Positions 33,969 to 43,381 of a stretch of 64,000 nucleotides of DNA are shown here, piece after piece (within the stretch, counting starts at the first letter, position 1; every line of letters begins with the position of its first letter). The position numbers and the translations under genes were made by a program. The DNA lies in IMG/VR virus record IMGVR_UViG_3300042258_000341, positions 96,001-160,000 of that record; one strand, written 5' to 3'. The notes under the pieces were generated by a model. It saw only the letters and a list, made by a program, of their open reading frames with translations. It was not told the DNA's origin and made no database searches. Source of the stretch: a virus. Taxonomy: Duplodnaviria > Caudoviricetes.

Positions 33969-35625
33969 GTAGTTTTACAAATTCTTTTTCGATCTCTTCG
34001 GAATATGTTTGTTTAAGATTCAACCCCGCTTCTTCGGGTAGAGAAATTATCTTATTTGCTTTCGCCTGTTTCTTGTCGGGCTTACTTATCCCTTGCGTAT
34101 TTATTCCCGAACCCCAATCTCCCTTTTCGTATTTGTAAGAAAGGTTTCCTTTTGCAGTGAGACTTGCTCTTATCCCTTCTCTTCCGGAACTACTCGCAGA
34201 AGAAAGTCTTCCTGTAGGGATTACTGTGGTTGAATAGCTTGCTCGACAACGGGTATACGGCAAAAAACCGTCTACGTAAGAATTTGCAATTAATTTACTC
34301 AATACATTGTTTATCGCAAGAGCCAATTGCCGATAAGTGACAATATATTCGAGAATAGGTATCTCCGGGTATTTTTGGAATAAATCTTCAAGAACATCCG
34401 CAGCAGTTGAATACAGCCCTTCCGGATTACTTTTTGTGGGCTTACCTTTCACCATCCCTTTCATCGGAGGGATTTTAAGTTCTTCGAAAAGAATCTTGGA
34501 TATTTGTTGCGGAGACTGTATGTCGAACTCCCTTCCGAGAAATTCGTACGCTTTTTTCTGCAGCATCTTCAACCGATAAACAATATCTTTGCAAGATTTA
34601 ATTGCAAAATCAATGTTTATCGGAAATCCCGGGCGATATAAACTTCTTAAAACATCAACAAGTTTATGATCAATCATTATCGGAATAGGCTGTTGAATAA
34701 AAACATTTTTTTCTTTCGGCATTTGTGCAAATTGTAAAAATAAACCCATTGTGTTGATAGCGTCTGAACAGCCATATACAACGGCATTTTGACAAGCCAA
34801 ACGGTCGAAATTAATATGCCCTTTTACCTTCTCCCCGGTTTCGGAAAATAATTGGCTAATTTCTATCATCTTTCGACCTAACATTTGCTCACTTACCGCT
34901 TTTAATCCGTGTCTTTTTTCATTCACATCAGAAATAAAATGTAAAATCATTGTATCGAAATATTGCGGAAAAGGTTTGGGATTAACTCCGGATAAAGCTA
35001 ATATCTCTTTGTCGTATTGCGCATTGTGATAAATAAGCAAAAAGAAATCTGCAATTTTCTGTAAGAAATTACAGATCGTTTTGTAATCCCAATTAAGAAC
35101 CCCATCTTCTTCTGTATGCATCACAGGGAGATAATACCCTACCGTATCCGAAGATGCTAAACACACCCCCACTATTTTTGTTTTCGGATTTAATTTCTTT
35201 TCGTAATCGTAAAGAGTTCGAGTATCCAATCCGGTTGTTTCCAAGTCAAGAGCGAGTAAGTTAGCCCCTTTAAACCCTTCTATCTGTAATGCTGTTGAAA
35301 AATCAGCAGGAAGAAACATTGTTTCTTTTTTCAATTGCTCGAAAAAGATGTTTAATTCTTCTTCTTGTACAGAAATATCTTTTGCAGAAGGGGCTATTAA
35401 ATTACAGGAAACATCTTGTAACCATTCCATTCCCGGTCTTTGCGAAAGAGCTTCTTGCGAGAAAATAAGTGGATTCGGAGGGAATTTGGGCATCGGATTG
35501 CTTTCGAGATACGCTGCACAGTCCGGAAGAAAAGACATAATATCTTGCTCAGGCTTAATACTCGGTTCTTCAAGCCCTAAGTCTAAAACATCTTGTAATG
35601 TGGGTTGTTCTGTCATTTTTGCCAC
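33955..35625 (-). CDS. family A DNA polymerase, N-terminal (3'-5' exonuclease + thumb) subunit
   Basis: DLETTGL, HNAQYD, DTMI, YGCSD (Exo I-III); SPQQISKILF, YSTAADVL, TGRLSS, NTQGI. Confidence 0.9.
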   Translation of the reverse strand: MAKMTEQPTLQDVLDLGLEEPSIKPEQDIMSFLPDCAAYLESNPMPKFPPNPLIFSQEALSQRPGMEWLQDVSCNLIAPSAKDISVQEEELNIFFEQLKKETMFLPADFSTALQIEGFKGANLLALDLETTGLDTRTLYDYEKKLNPKTKIVGVCLASSDTVGYYLPVMHTEEDGVLNWDYKTICNFLQKIADFFLLIYHNAQYDKEILALSGVNPKPFPQYFDTMILHFISDVNEKRHGLKAVSEQMLGRKMIEISQLFSETGEKVKGHINFDRLACQNAVVYGCSDAINTMGLFLQFAQMPKEKNVFIQQPIPIMIDHKLVDVLRSLYRPGFPINIDFAIKSCKDIVYRLKMLQKKAYEFLGREFDIQSPQQISKILFEELKIPPMKGMVKGKPTKSNPEGLYSTAADVLEDLFQKYPEIPILEYIVTYRQLALAINNVLSKLIANSYVDGFLPYTRCRASYSTTVIPTGRLSSASSSGREGIRASLTAKGNLSYKYEKGDWGSGINTQGISKPDKKQAKANKIISLPEEAGLNLKQTYSEEIEKEFVKLLAAV

Positions 35626-35626
35626 C

Positions 35627-36211
35627 TTAAATTTCTTGCCAGAATCTTTTTAATTCCGATAAATACAAAGGGTCTTTAACTTCTTTTAATTGCAACAAAG
35701 TTTCGGCATATCGGATTTTTTGTAATTTCCCGGATAATTCAGAAGCTTCGAAAACATAATATTCCATCGGGTCAAATTCAAGAAACAAATGCCTCGGGAA
35801 AGGAATGTTGAATCTTTTCTTGAGAAGAACAAAGAATTCCCGTAAATGAATTCCTGAATAAAAAGATTCTCTATTATACATAAGCCAAAAAGGAGTTCTG
35901 GATTTCTGGCATTTATGACAATATACATGGGGCTTACTCGCTCCTGTGTTCCTGTCTTCAGGATAATATTTTGCAGAAGGGTGTCTATCTTGAGAACCGT
36001 GGGAAGGCAATAAACATTGCACCTGTTGTTGAGTATCATCCGACCCCAGTTCGTATCCGTAATTTGTAAATACTTGTGACATCAGCAATTTACTATCGTA
36101 ATATGCTGAAATGCTTTCTGTTAAAGGCACAATTGTATTACTGGGGATTTGCTTAATCAATTCCTCATCGGAAAGATTAATGTATTCAGGATGTAAATCT
36201 ATTGTTCTCAT
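35627..36211 (-). CDS. stand-alone primase CHC2-type zinc-binding domain protein
   Basis: CLLPSHG..DRHPS...YCHKC; lies between DnaB and PolA. Confidence 0.7.
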   Translation of the reverse strand: MRTIDLHPEYINLSDEELIKQIPSNTIVPLTESISAYYDSKLLMSQVFTNYGYELGSDDTQQQVQCLLPSHGSQDRHPSAKYYPEDRNTGASKPHVYCHKCQKSRTPFWLMYNRESFYSGIHLREFFVLLKKRFNIPFPRHLFLEFDPMEYYVFEASELSGKLQKIRYAETLLQLKEVKDPLYLSELKRFWQEI

Positions 36212-36216
36212 ATTTA

Positions 36217-36245
36217 TATATACTCACCAACGAATTTATTTTCAC
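36217..36245 (-). promoter_or_regulatory. class II promoter-like motif, 5 nt from the ATG
   Basis: GTGAAA-N17-TATATA-TAAAT-ATG. Confidence 0.5.
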
Positions 36246-37702
36246 AGATTAAACATTTTAGCGGCTAATATTTTTTCATCTGTTGTGCGAGGCTCATTAT
36301 CTGAAATCATAAATCCGAAATCAAGATCGCAGAACAGATCGTAAGCTTCGGTTTCTACCCTGCCGTCTCTGTTTTTAAGATTCTGCATCCGAATTTGTTG
36401 TTTCTGCCTTAAGTCTTGTGTAAGCATTGTGGTTAAAACAACATCTGCAGAAGATTCTAATTCGGAATATTCCCGAAGGGCGGAAAGATCGTAATAATTA
36501 TTGTTTTTAATGGCGTTTTCAAGACCCCCTCTTGATATCTGTGCCGGGGTTAAAGCAAGAAAAGGAGCTGGGTTTCCATCTCGTCTTCGATGTGAAAGAG
36601 CCATATTCTTAAATTCTTTTATCATTTGATTGTAATCCTCCCGGGTTGGCATTTTCTTTTCAGATTCCAGAGGATACAACATGGTGATGTAGTCTATCGC
36701 CGCAGCATGTATTGGCATTTTGGTGTTTTCCAATTCAACTATTTTAGACCTTACATCGGACAGTCTATATTTTGTTTTATTTGGATATTCCAGAAACAAA
36801 GTCCCGTATTCCGGATTTGTAAATAAATCCGGGGCAACAACATTGAACAAGAAATCGTATTGTTCTTGAGTTAGATTCCCTTCTTTTATGTCTTCGTATT
36901 TTATCGGGATATGATTTTTAAAGATATTTTGATTGTTTGCATGTAAAGCTAAGAATAACAGCTTCATTTGTTTATACGACATCTCCAGCGAACAGTAATA
37001 ACAATTTAATTTATATTCCGTAAGCAGATGATAAATAATGTTTCTTAACAGAAGAGATTTACCGTGAGAGGTGAAGCCCCCGATAACAACAAGATTCCCT
37101 CTTACCATTTTCACATCTTTAAATTTATCGTAGCCGAGAGTGTAATACACACTTTCTTCTTCTTTTTTCTGTTCTACAATTTGCGAGTACATTTCCCTTA
37201 AGCTTTCCACAGAATCTTCCCCATAGAGAAGTCCAGAAGTGGAAGCTTCGGTATGTAAAACTTTATTCTTGGATTTATGTAACCCGGAAATAAGGTCATC
37301 GACAGGATTAAAAATACTGTTAATGTCTTTAACATCGGCAGTTTTTAATTGTTGTTGAAATTTCGAAACTTCCCCAAAAACATCTGTTTCGAAAAGAATT
37401 CTTTCCACCTTCTTCGAGTGTACTACATATTCCGAATCATCTTGAAATAAAGGAATTTCAATATCCTGTTGTAAGTCTTTCACATACGAAAGAAGGATAT
37501 TCTGTTGAGTTTCGGTATAATCCTTCTCTATTGCAGAAAAGGAGGCAAAAATCTGATATTTTTGTTGAGCCTCAAAGAAATACTCAGCAACCGCATCGTA
37601 ATTCTTATCCCGCTCTTTTATCAGATGTTCGTAAATTTCCCGAAAGACCTGTAATTTTGCAACAGAAGGATACAAGATCAAAGATTTCAAAAGAGTTCGC
37701 AT
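36242..37702 (-). CDS. DnaB-like replicative helicase
   Basis: GFTSHGKS, SLEMS, IDYI, AQISR, LESSAD, KNRDG. Confidence 0.9.
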   Translation of the reverse strand: MRTLLKSLILYPSVAKLQVFREIYEHLIKERDKNYDAVAEYFFEAQQKYQIFASFSAIEKDYTETQQNILLSYVKDLQQDIEIPLFQDDSEYVVHSKKVERILFETDVFGEVSKFQQQLKTADVKDINSIFNPVDDLISGLHKSKNKVLHTEASTSGLLYGEDSVESLREMYSQIVEQKKEEESVYYTLGYDKFKDVKMVRGNLVVIGGFTSHGKSLLLRNIIYHLLTEYKLNCYYCSLEMSYKQMKLLFLALHANNQNIFKNHIPIKYEDIKEGNLTQEQYDFLFNVVAPDLFTNPEYGTLFLEYPNKTKYRLSDVRSKIVELENTKMPIHAAAIDYITMLYPLESEKKMPTREDYNQMIKEFKNMALSHRRRDGNPAPFLALTPAQISRGGLENAIKNNNYYDLSALREYSELESSADVVLTTMLTQDLRQKQQIRMQNLKNRDGRVETEAYDLFCDLDFGFMISDNEPRTTDEKILAAKMFNL

Positions 37703-38476
37703 TTATTTCTTTCCGTAGTTAGGTTTTTGAAAATGTTGAAGAATATAATTGGAGAGGTTTGTAGTATAAACCGAAGCAAAGTTACGGGATTCCACCCCGT
37801 CTCTGTGATAAATCCATGTAATTTTATCATTCAATATTCTTTTTTCGAGCATTGAAGCGATAATCTGCCCGTAACTTTTATTTACCGGCTCCATGCTTAA
37901 GAAAATAATCAAAAAATCAATTTCAGAAGCAGCGGTAAATCCCCTTTGTTCCGCATCTTTGTAATGTAAATTGAAAAGCTCTTGTCCAGATACAGTCAAG
38001 TGTTTGTATTTTTGCCCGGTGAGAGTAAGAAAAGCCCTTACAATGCTTCGAAAGACTTCTACAGACATATTTTGCAACAACAGGTTTCGCCCTTTAAAAG
38101 GAGTCGTATCAAAATTAGGTATTTTATCAGCATTGGCGTATTTAATTGTTAAGTATTGTGCCAATTCTTTTTGCAAAATACAAATACACTCCGTTTTTTT
38201 ACCGTTTTCTTTTAACATCCTCCCGGTTCCATTACAAATATCACACTCTTTATCCGGAAGAAGGGAATATGCGGGTGTTATCGAGCGTAAAGAATTTACA
38301 TCCCTACCTAAAATCCCTGTCAAAACAATTTCCGAAGATGTCGGTGAATTATCTGTTTCCAAAGACTCTGTAGGAAATAAAGGCTCTGTGTCTCTTTGTG
38401 TCTTAATTTGAGTCGTAGTGTCTTTTACAATATCACTTGAAAAATTAGATGCAAGTCCTTTTTTTTCGTATTTCAT
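37703..38476 (-). CDS. DnaC/DnaI-like helicase loader with degenerate ATPase motifs
   Basis: CDICNGTG..ECIC Zn finger, AAA+-like strands, LEKR..ITWI; directly upstream of DnaB; no GxxGxGK. Confidence 0.55.
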   Translation of the reverse strand: MKYEKKGLASNFSSDIVKDTTTQIKTQRDTEPLFPTESLETDNSPTSSEIVLTGILGRDVNSLRSITPAYSLLPDKECDICNGTGRMLKENGKKTECICILQKELAQYLTIKYANADKIPNFDTTPFKGRNLLLQNMSVEVFRSIVRAFLTLTGQKYKHLTVSGQELFNLHYKDAEQRGFTAASEIDFLIIFLSMEPVNKSYGQIIASMLEKRILNDKITWIYHRDGVESRNFASVYTTNLSNYILQHFQKPNYGKK

Positions 38477-38483
38477 ATTTTAA

Positions 38484-38512
38484 GATATACCTGTCTTTTT
38501 TATTTTTTACAG
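38484..38512 (-). promoter_or_regulatory. class II promoter-like motif, 7 nt from the ATG
   Basis: CTGTAA-N17-TATATC-TTAAAAT-ATG. Confidence 0.6.
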
Positions 38513-38516
38513 AAAT

Positions 38517-40214
38517 TTATTTTACAAAACTGCTCGAATATTTATCCGCTCTTCTTTTACGTGTGCCTATCAACAAATGCGCTACAGACCGGGAAACAAA
38601 CTCTTCATCGGGAATACCTTCATGCTCCGCCCCACGAAGAACAGAAGTATCAAGTAATCCCTTTTCCACATCCCCGTGGATAGCTTGAAACAAAACCCCC
38701 TGTTTCTGTAAAATACAGTATTCGTCGAAATCTTGACTATCTTCATGCAACAAGAAAACAAGTAAAAGACTTGAATGCACAGAACCGATTCTTGAAATTC
38801 GACCGACTATCTGAATTAATTGCCCCCAAGTATCCGGAAGAGAGGTTATTATCAATACAGAAGCGGCTTGTAAATTAATTGCTTCACTCCCTGCATTATT
38901 CAAAACCATAATGTTGTGGATATTATTGTTGGAGAAGTCTTTCATTTGTTGATATCTCACATCTGCAGAAATATCCCCACTTATCTCAAGAGGCTTTCGA
39001 TAGTAAGTGTCTAAATCTTTACAATCTCGAATTGTTTCACAAAGGATTTTAAGATATTTCTTGGAAGGTGTGTATATCACGATCTTTTCATCCACAAACT
39101 CTTCTTTCAACATTCTTAAAATCTCATCTGTTTTCGGAGAATTTTCATAAAATCTATCCGGAGCTACAATTTGCGGGGAGGTTAAAGCTCTTTTCACATA
39201 CCCAACTTCGGTGAGAGCTTCTAAAATCTTTTGTGAATCATTATTTTCAATATTCTCGTAATCAAAACCTTCTTCGGTAAGAGCCAAAGCCCCGGAATAT
39301 ATTTCTTTCAAAAGACTTTCTTGTTCCGTAGAAAGTTCCAAAAATCTTTTCTGTATTTGAAAGGGGGGTAAATCCGCAGCTATATCAGATTTCCTTAAAA
39401 TAAGACTGTAAGGATCTACTTTCTCTTTGAAAAGCTCGACATTTTTAAATCCCTTAATTCGTTTGAGATACCAGATGGTCGGGTGTTGCCATAAAATACA
39501 GTAATTCTTTTCAAAAACCGCTTTACTTGAACAAAGAGAAATCCCGACATTTTTGAATATCCCGTAAATTTCATCCAATTTACCTTTCATCAAAGTCGCA
39601 GTTAACCCTAATTTCTTATTTACAACAGGAGTTATTGCCGCTACCGCTTTAGATATCTGAGTATTTAAGGCTTTAAATGCAGTAGCTTCGTCGAGAATAA
39701 AGAAAGTATGAAATCCTTGTTTCTTTAAAGACATAACGGATTTTAAAATTGTTTGTTTCTCTATCCGGAAAATAGCGTAATTCATGAGAAGTATTTCAGG
39801 AGCCTCCGGCTTTTTTATATCCCCCCAAGCGGAAATAAATTCTTTTCTCTGTTTAGGGTATTTAGAAGCAGTTATGTTCTCCGCTTTATTGTGTATCACC
39901 TGTATTCGTAAAGAGTGATTGAAAAACTTATTGAACTCATCGGCAAATTGAAAAAGAGCAGATGCTGTTGTAACAATTAACAACCGGGAATTAGGATAAA
40001 CAGTTCGATAATATAAGAAAGAAGAAATACTGCAGAGAGTTTTCCCCGTTCCTGTAGGGAGAGATAAAAAATAAGTATCTTTTAATAAAGATTGGTAAAT
40101 AGCGTAAGCCTGAAAATTAAAGAAATTCATTTCTTCTTTTAATTCAGGCAATCGCTGTAATTCGAAATTATCCCAAGGTTTAGGTTGTTGTTCGAGAAGT
40201 ATATCTTTTGTCAT
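38517..40214 (-). CDS. SF2 (SNF2-like) helicase
   Basis: PTGTGKT, LDEAT, GLTAT, EAINLQ, QIVGRISR. Confidence 0.88.
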   Translation of the reverse strand: MTKDILLEQQPKPWDNFELQRLPELKEEMNFFNFQAYAIYQSLLKDTYFLSLPTGTGKTLCSISSFLYYRTVYPNSRLLIVTTASALFQFADEFNKFFNHSLRIQVIHNKAENITASKYPKQRKEFISAWGDIKKPEAPEILLMNYAIFRIEKQTILKSVMSLKKQGFHTFFILDEATAFKALNTQISKAVAAITPVVNKKLGLTATLMKGKLDEIYGIFKNVGISLCSSKAVFEKNYCILWQHPTIWYLKRIKGFKNVELFKEKVDPYSLILRKSDIAADLPPFQIQKRFLELSTEQESLLKEIYSGALALTEEGFDYENIENNDSQKILEALTEVGYVKRALTSPQIVAPDRFYENSPKTDEILRMLKEEFVDEKIVIYTPSKKYLKILCETIRDCKDLDTYYRKPLEISGDISADVRYQQMKDFSNNNIHNIMVLNNAGSEAINLQAASVLIITSLPDTWGQLIQIVGRISRIGSVHSSLLLVFLLHEDSQDFDEYCILQKQGVLFQAIHGDVEKGLLDTSVLRGAEHEGIPDEEFVSRSVAHLLIGTRKRRADKYSSSFVK

Positions 40215-40220
40215 GTAATA

Positions 40221-40250
40221 GATATACTTCTTTTACCTCATTTTTTACAA
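40221..40250 (-). promoter_or_regulatory. class II promoter-like motif, 6 nt from the ATG
   Basis: TTGTAA-N18-TATATC-TATTAC-ATG. Confidence 0.55.
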
Positions 40251-40699
40251 ACTTTTTCAAAAATTTCTTTTATCCCCGGTTTTTTCACTTCGATTTCCAA
40301 ACCAGATAATGCTTTCTGCAAAGCTTGTGAGATATTGTTTTTTTGTCGTAAAAGTTTTTTCACCCTATTTATAAACCATTTTACATCTACAGGGTCTTGT
40401 AAGAAAGTGACAACTTCCCCAACAATAAAAGGGTTGTTAATATATCTTGAAAAACAAGATTTCTTAGCCCTCCCGAACAAAGACGTTTCAAGAACCTCAT
40501 TGTTTCCCAGATAAAGAGCAATTTTTGTATATTTAAAACCAGTCAATATTTGTAAGAGTGTCGAAAACACACTGTATCGAAAAGAATAAAAAATCAAAGA
40601 CCCGGGTTTTATATCGTGAGCATTATTCAGCATTTGTGGAATCCTTTCGAGAATCGTAAACAACTTCGAAGTTTGCCGTAAAGATTGTGTCCGGCACAA
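40238..40699 (-). CDS. degenerate YiiX/YebB-like protein
   Basis: IKPGSLIFY..TGFKYTKIALYLG..VLE resembles the permuted NlpC/P60 N-terminus but lacks the His; probable start MLNNAHD. Confidence 0.45.
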   Translation of the reverse strand: MCRTQSLRQTSKLFTILERIPQMLNNAHDIKPGSLIFYSFRYSVFSTLLQILTGFKYTKIALYLGNNEVLETSLFGRAKKSCFSRYINNPFIVGEVVTFLQDPVDVKWFINRVKKLLRQKNNISQALQKALSGLEIEVKKPGIKEIFEKVCKK

Positions 40700-41243
40700 C
40701 CGCTTGTCGTTTAAAGAAAAAATAATCCAGTTCTGTATAAGGGATTAAGTTGTCATAATCCTTAAATGCTTCTTTTATTACTTCTGTACAGGATAACCGG
40801 TCTCCATTATCCTGAAAATCAAAATTAAAATCATATTCTTTTCCGAAAAAAGCTTCCAATCTGTGTCTCACAACATCCGGAGAGAATGTGAACTTGGGGC
40901 GTAAAACACAGATATGGTCAGCTTTCATAAAATCAAAGAGAGTTTCTTCTTTAACTCCTTCAGCCACTGCATGTAAAATCCTATCATTAGTATTGTAGAT
41001 TCCTGCATGGTTCCAAAACCCCGGGATAAACCCATTATCCAAATAATTATCAAATCTCCGCAATAAAACATCGAACGGCTGAATTATTTTTGAAATTTGA
41101 TAAAAATCATTCCCTGACAACAAATAGTGTTTGGGATTGTAAACGAAAAAGAAAGGATACGGATGTTTCTCTATATCACCGAAAAGAGTTAAAATCCTTT
41201 TCTTCAGGTTGTAACTTGCTTTCTGTAATTTCGATAAAAGCAT
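40623..41243 (-). CDS. permuted papain-like NlpC/P60 enzyme (YiiX/YebB family)
   Basis: PFDVLL, WNHAGIY, HAVAEGV, GKEYDF.F, SCTEV (His precedes Cys). Confidence 0.85.
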   Translation of the reverse strand: MLLSKLQKASYNLKKRILTLFGDIEKHPYPFFFVYNPKHYLLSGNDFYQISKIIQPFDVLLRRFDNYLDNGFIPGFWNHAGIYNTNDRILHAVAEGVKEETLFDFMKADHICVLRPKFTFSPDVVRHRLEAFFGKEYDFNFDFQDNGDRLSCTEVIKEAFKDYDNLIPYTELDYFFFKRQAVVPDTIFTANFEVVYDSRKDSTNAE

Positions 41244-41871
41244 ATTTCCCCTCCTTTAAGAAGAAAGCGTAAGGAGTTTGCAACCAACTCCCCAGATTGA
41301 ATATTTTCAAAGACCCCACTTCTTGCATTCCGGGGCAATGTGTGTGCCCTGTAATAAAAAAATCAAAAAGAGAATCCAATTCCATTTCTCGAATTTTAGC
41401 TTCTTTTTCCGGGAAATGTTTTTCGTAATACCATTCTGTTAAAAAATGTAATTTACTGCGAATATCAATATTGATCAATTTCGAAAATTCATAAAAAAAT
41501 TTATCTGTAAGAAAATTAAACATCGAAACATTCCCATAATCCGAATCCAAAACATGTCCGTGACAAATAAGAAAATTCTTGGACTCGTAAGAAAAAGCCG
41601 CTCTTTCTTTTATACAAGAAGAAACAAAGGTGAGGTTTTTCATCAGACTATCATGATTTCCCAGAAGATATATTATTTTAGGGAACCCTTGAAAATAATC
41701 TGTAAAATCGGGGACATTAATGTTAGATTTCCAAACATCGAAAATATCCCCCACAAGGAATAATTTTTTTGGAGCATTGGTCTTTAATTCATTCAGAAAT
41801 TTACCCAACAATGTTGTTTTGGAGAAATGAGAACCTAAATGTGTGTCTGAAATAAAGACCATATCATACAT
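41176..41871 (-). CDS. LpxH-like metallophosphoesterase
   Basis: SDTHLG, GDIFDVW, GNHD, HGH, GHTH, NLGSW. Confidence 0.82.
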   Translation of the reverse strand: MYDMVFISDTHLGSHFSKTTLLGKFLNELKTNAPKKLFLVGDIFDVWKSNINVPDFTDYFQGFPKIIYLLGNHDSLMKNLTFVSSCIKERAAFSYESKNFLICHGHVLDSDYGNVSMFNFLTDKFFYEFSKLINIDIRSKLHFLTEWYYEKHFPEKEAKIREMELDSLFDFFITGHTHCPGMQEVGSLKIFNLGSWLQTPYAFFLKEGKYAFIEITESKLQPEEKDFNSFR

Positions 41872-41877
41872 TATTGG

Positions 41878-42834
41878 TTACACCCCTTTTTCCCTAAACA
41901 TGGAAATGAAAACAATCGCTTGCCAGTCATGATCTTCCCCTGTGGTTGTGAACATATAATTACATTTCAGATTTGTAGCCAATTCTGAAGGGTCAGAATT
42001 TTCAAATTTAAAAAACCCATCTCCCACTAAACCGACATTGTTTATGTATCTTTTCAAAATAACTTCTTCATAAAAAATATTGTATTTGCCTTCTCCGGTT
42101 AAATTCGGAGTTAAGTTTTCGTATTTCCCGGTAGTCGAGTTATAATCCGCATCCCAATACGCAGCGGGGCATAAACCGCTATCCGTTCGAGGAACGACTG
42201 AAACTAAAGTTGTTAAGTTTTCCAAATCAAGAGAAACATCCCCGTTGCCCATTGCCGGGAGAATTATTTTCTTTCCGGGGTATCTCAAGAAATTTGTTCC
42301 TGTCGTTTCTGTAAAAGGGGTTGCTATAGTTGAAATATAAAAACAAAACCTATCAAATTTAGCATTAGAATATTTCAGATATCCTTCGAAAATCCAACTT
42401 CTATTGTTTTCAACATTAAATTGTTGAACAATTGTTTTTGTTACCGGGTCTCCCATCTTATGGTCAACTTCAATAAGGTTTTCACCGTTCCCTACATCCC
42501 CGGGGACAGCCACATTATCATCTTTCGAAGTAAAATATCCGGTGGTATTTATCGGTCTCACATTTGGTTTCACAATAATACGATTATCCGTTGATCTTAA
42601 CGAGCTGAAAGAACCTTTTAACAAAGGAATAAGTTGGTTTACGGATACGATATCTTGCAACCCATCATTAATCTTGATTAAACCGTTTGCCCAATCCGGG
42701 ATTAAAAGATCGTCTTGTAAAAGCTGAACTTGTGTTACCCCCAAATCAAACAGTTCTTTTGTTTCATCAGGAGGAAATTCTATTCCGAAATATATTCGAG
42801 TGCTTTCTGTTAAATTTGTAACAAGTATTTGCAT
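41878..42834 (-). CDS. putative virion structural protein
   Basis: beta-rich; at the end of the tail operon. Confidence 0.5.
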   Translation of the reverse strand: MQILVTNLTESTRIYFGIEFPPDETKELFDLGVTQVQLLQDDLLIPDWANGLIKINDGLQDIVSVNQLIPLLKGSFSSLRSTDNRIIVKPNVRPINTTGYFTSKDDNVAVPGDVGNGENLIEVDHKMGDPVTKTIVQQFNVENNRSWIFEGYLKYSNAKFDRFCFYISTIATPFTETTGTNFLRYPGKKIILPAMGNGDVSLDLENLTTLVSVVPRTDSGLCPAAYWDADYNSTTGKYENLTPNLTGEGKYNIFYEEVILKRYINNVGLVGDGFFKFENSDPSELATNLKCNYMFTTTGEDHDWQAIVFISMFREKGV

Positions 42835-42847
42835 TTTTAATTTTCCT

Positions 42848-43381
42848 TTACACCCAATGATATTTTAAATAAACAGTAAAATCCGGATTTTTGATTTTGG
42901 TTCCAGAAACATAAGCGACTAATTTCCCGCCATTTGCAATTGCCGTGTTTATCGTGTTGTCCAAAGCATACAAACTTCCGGTTGGTATCGTTAAAGTCAC
43001 TAAATCCCCGGATAAAACCCCCGTATCTAAAGTCTTGGTTCTTACAGAAAAGATAACCGCAGCAGCATTCGTAGAAGTCATAGTGGCTATCAATTCTGTT
43101 ACGACGAAAGATTTATTTATACTCGGGGAAAGAATGTCAGAAGAAGTCCCATTCAAAGCATATAAATACCGAGAAGAGGTGTTATTTGAAGCAACCCCGA
43201 AGGAATAGGAGTGCGTTTCTACAGAAAGCCATGCATTTCGGGAAGCATCCCAAAACATTAAAATATTCCAACCAGTGTTAGGGTTGAACCATATATCTCC
43301 AGCTTTAGGATTTAAAGGAGGTTGTGTTTGCGAAGCTATTACAAAATGTGACATAAAAACCCTCCTTAAATAATGAACCAA
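42848..43381 (-). CDS. putative tail-fibre-associated protein
   Basis: P.NPKAGDIWF..W..W fibre motif. Confidence 0.55.
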   Translation of the reverse strand: MVHYLRRVFMSHFVIASQTQPPLNPKAGDIWFNPNTGWNILMFWDASRNAWLSVETHSYSFGVASNNTSSRYLYALNGTSSDILSPSINKSFVVTELIATMTSTNAAAVIFSVRTKTLDTGVLSGDLVTLTIPTGSLYALDNTINTAIANGGKLVAYVSGTKIKNPDFTVYLKYHWV

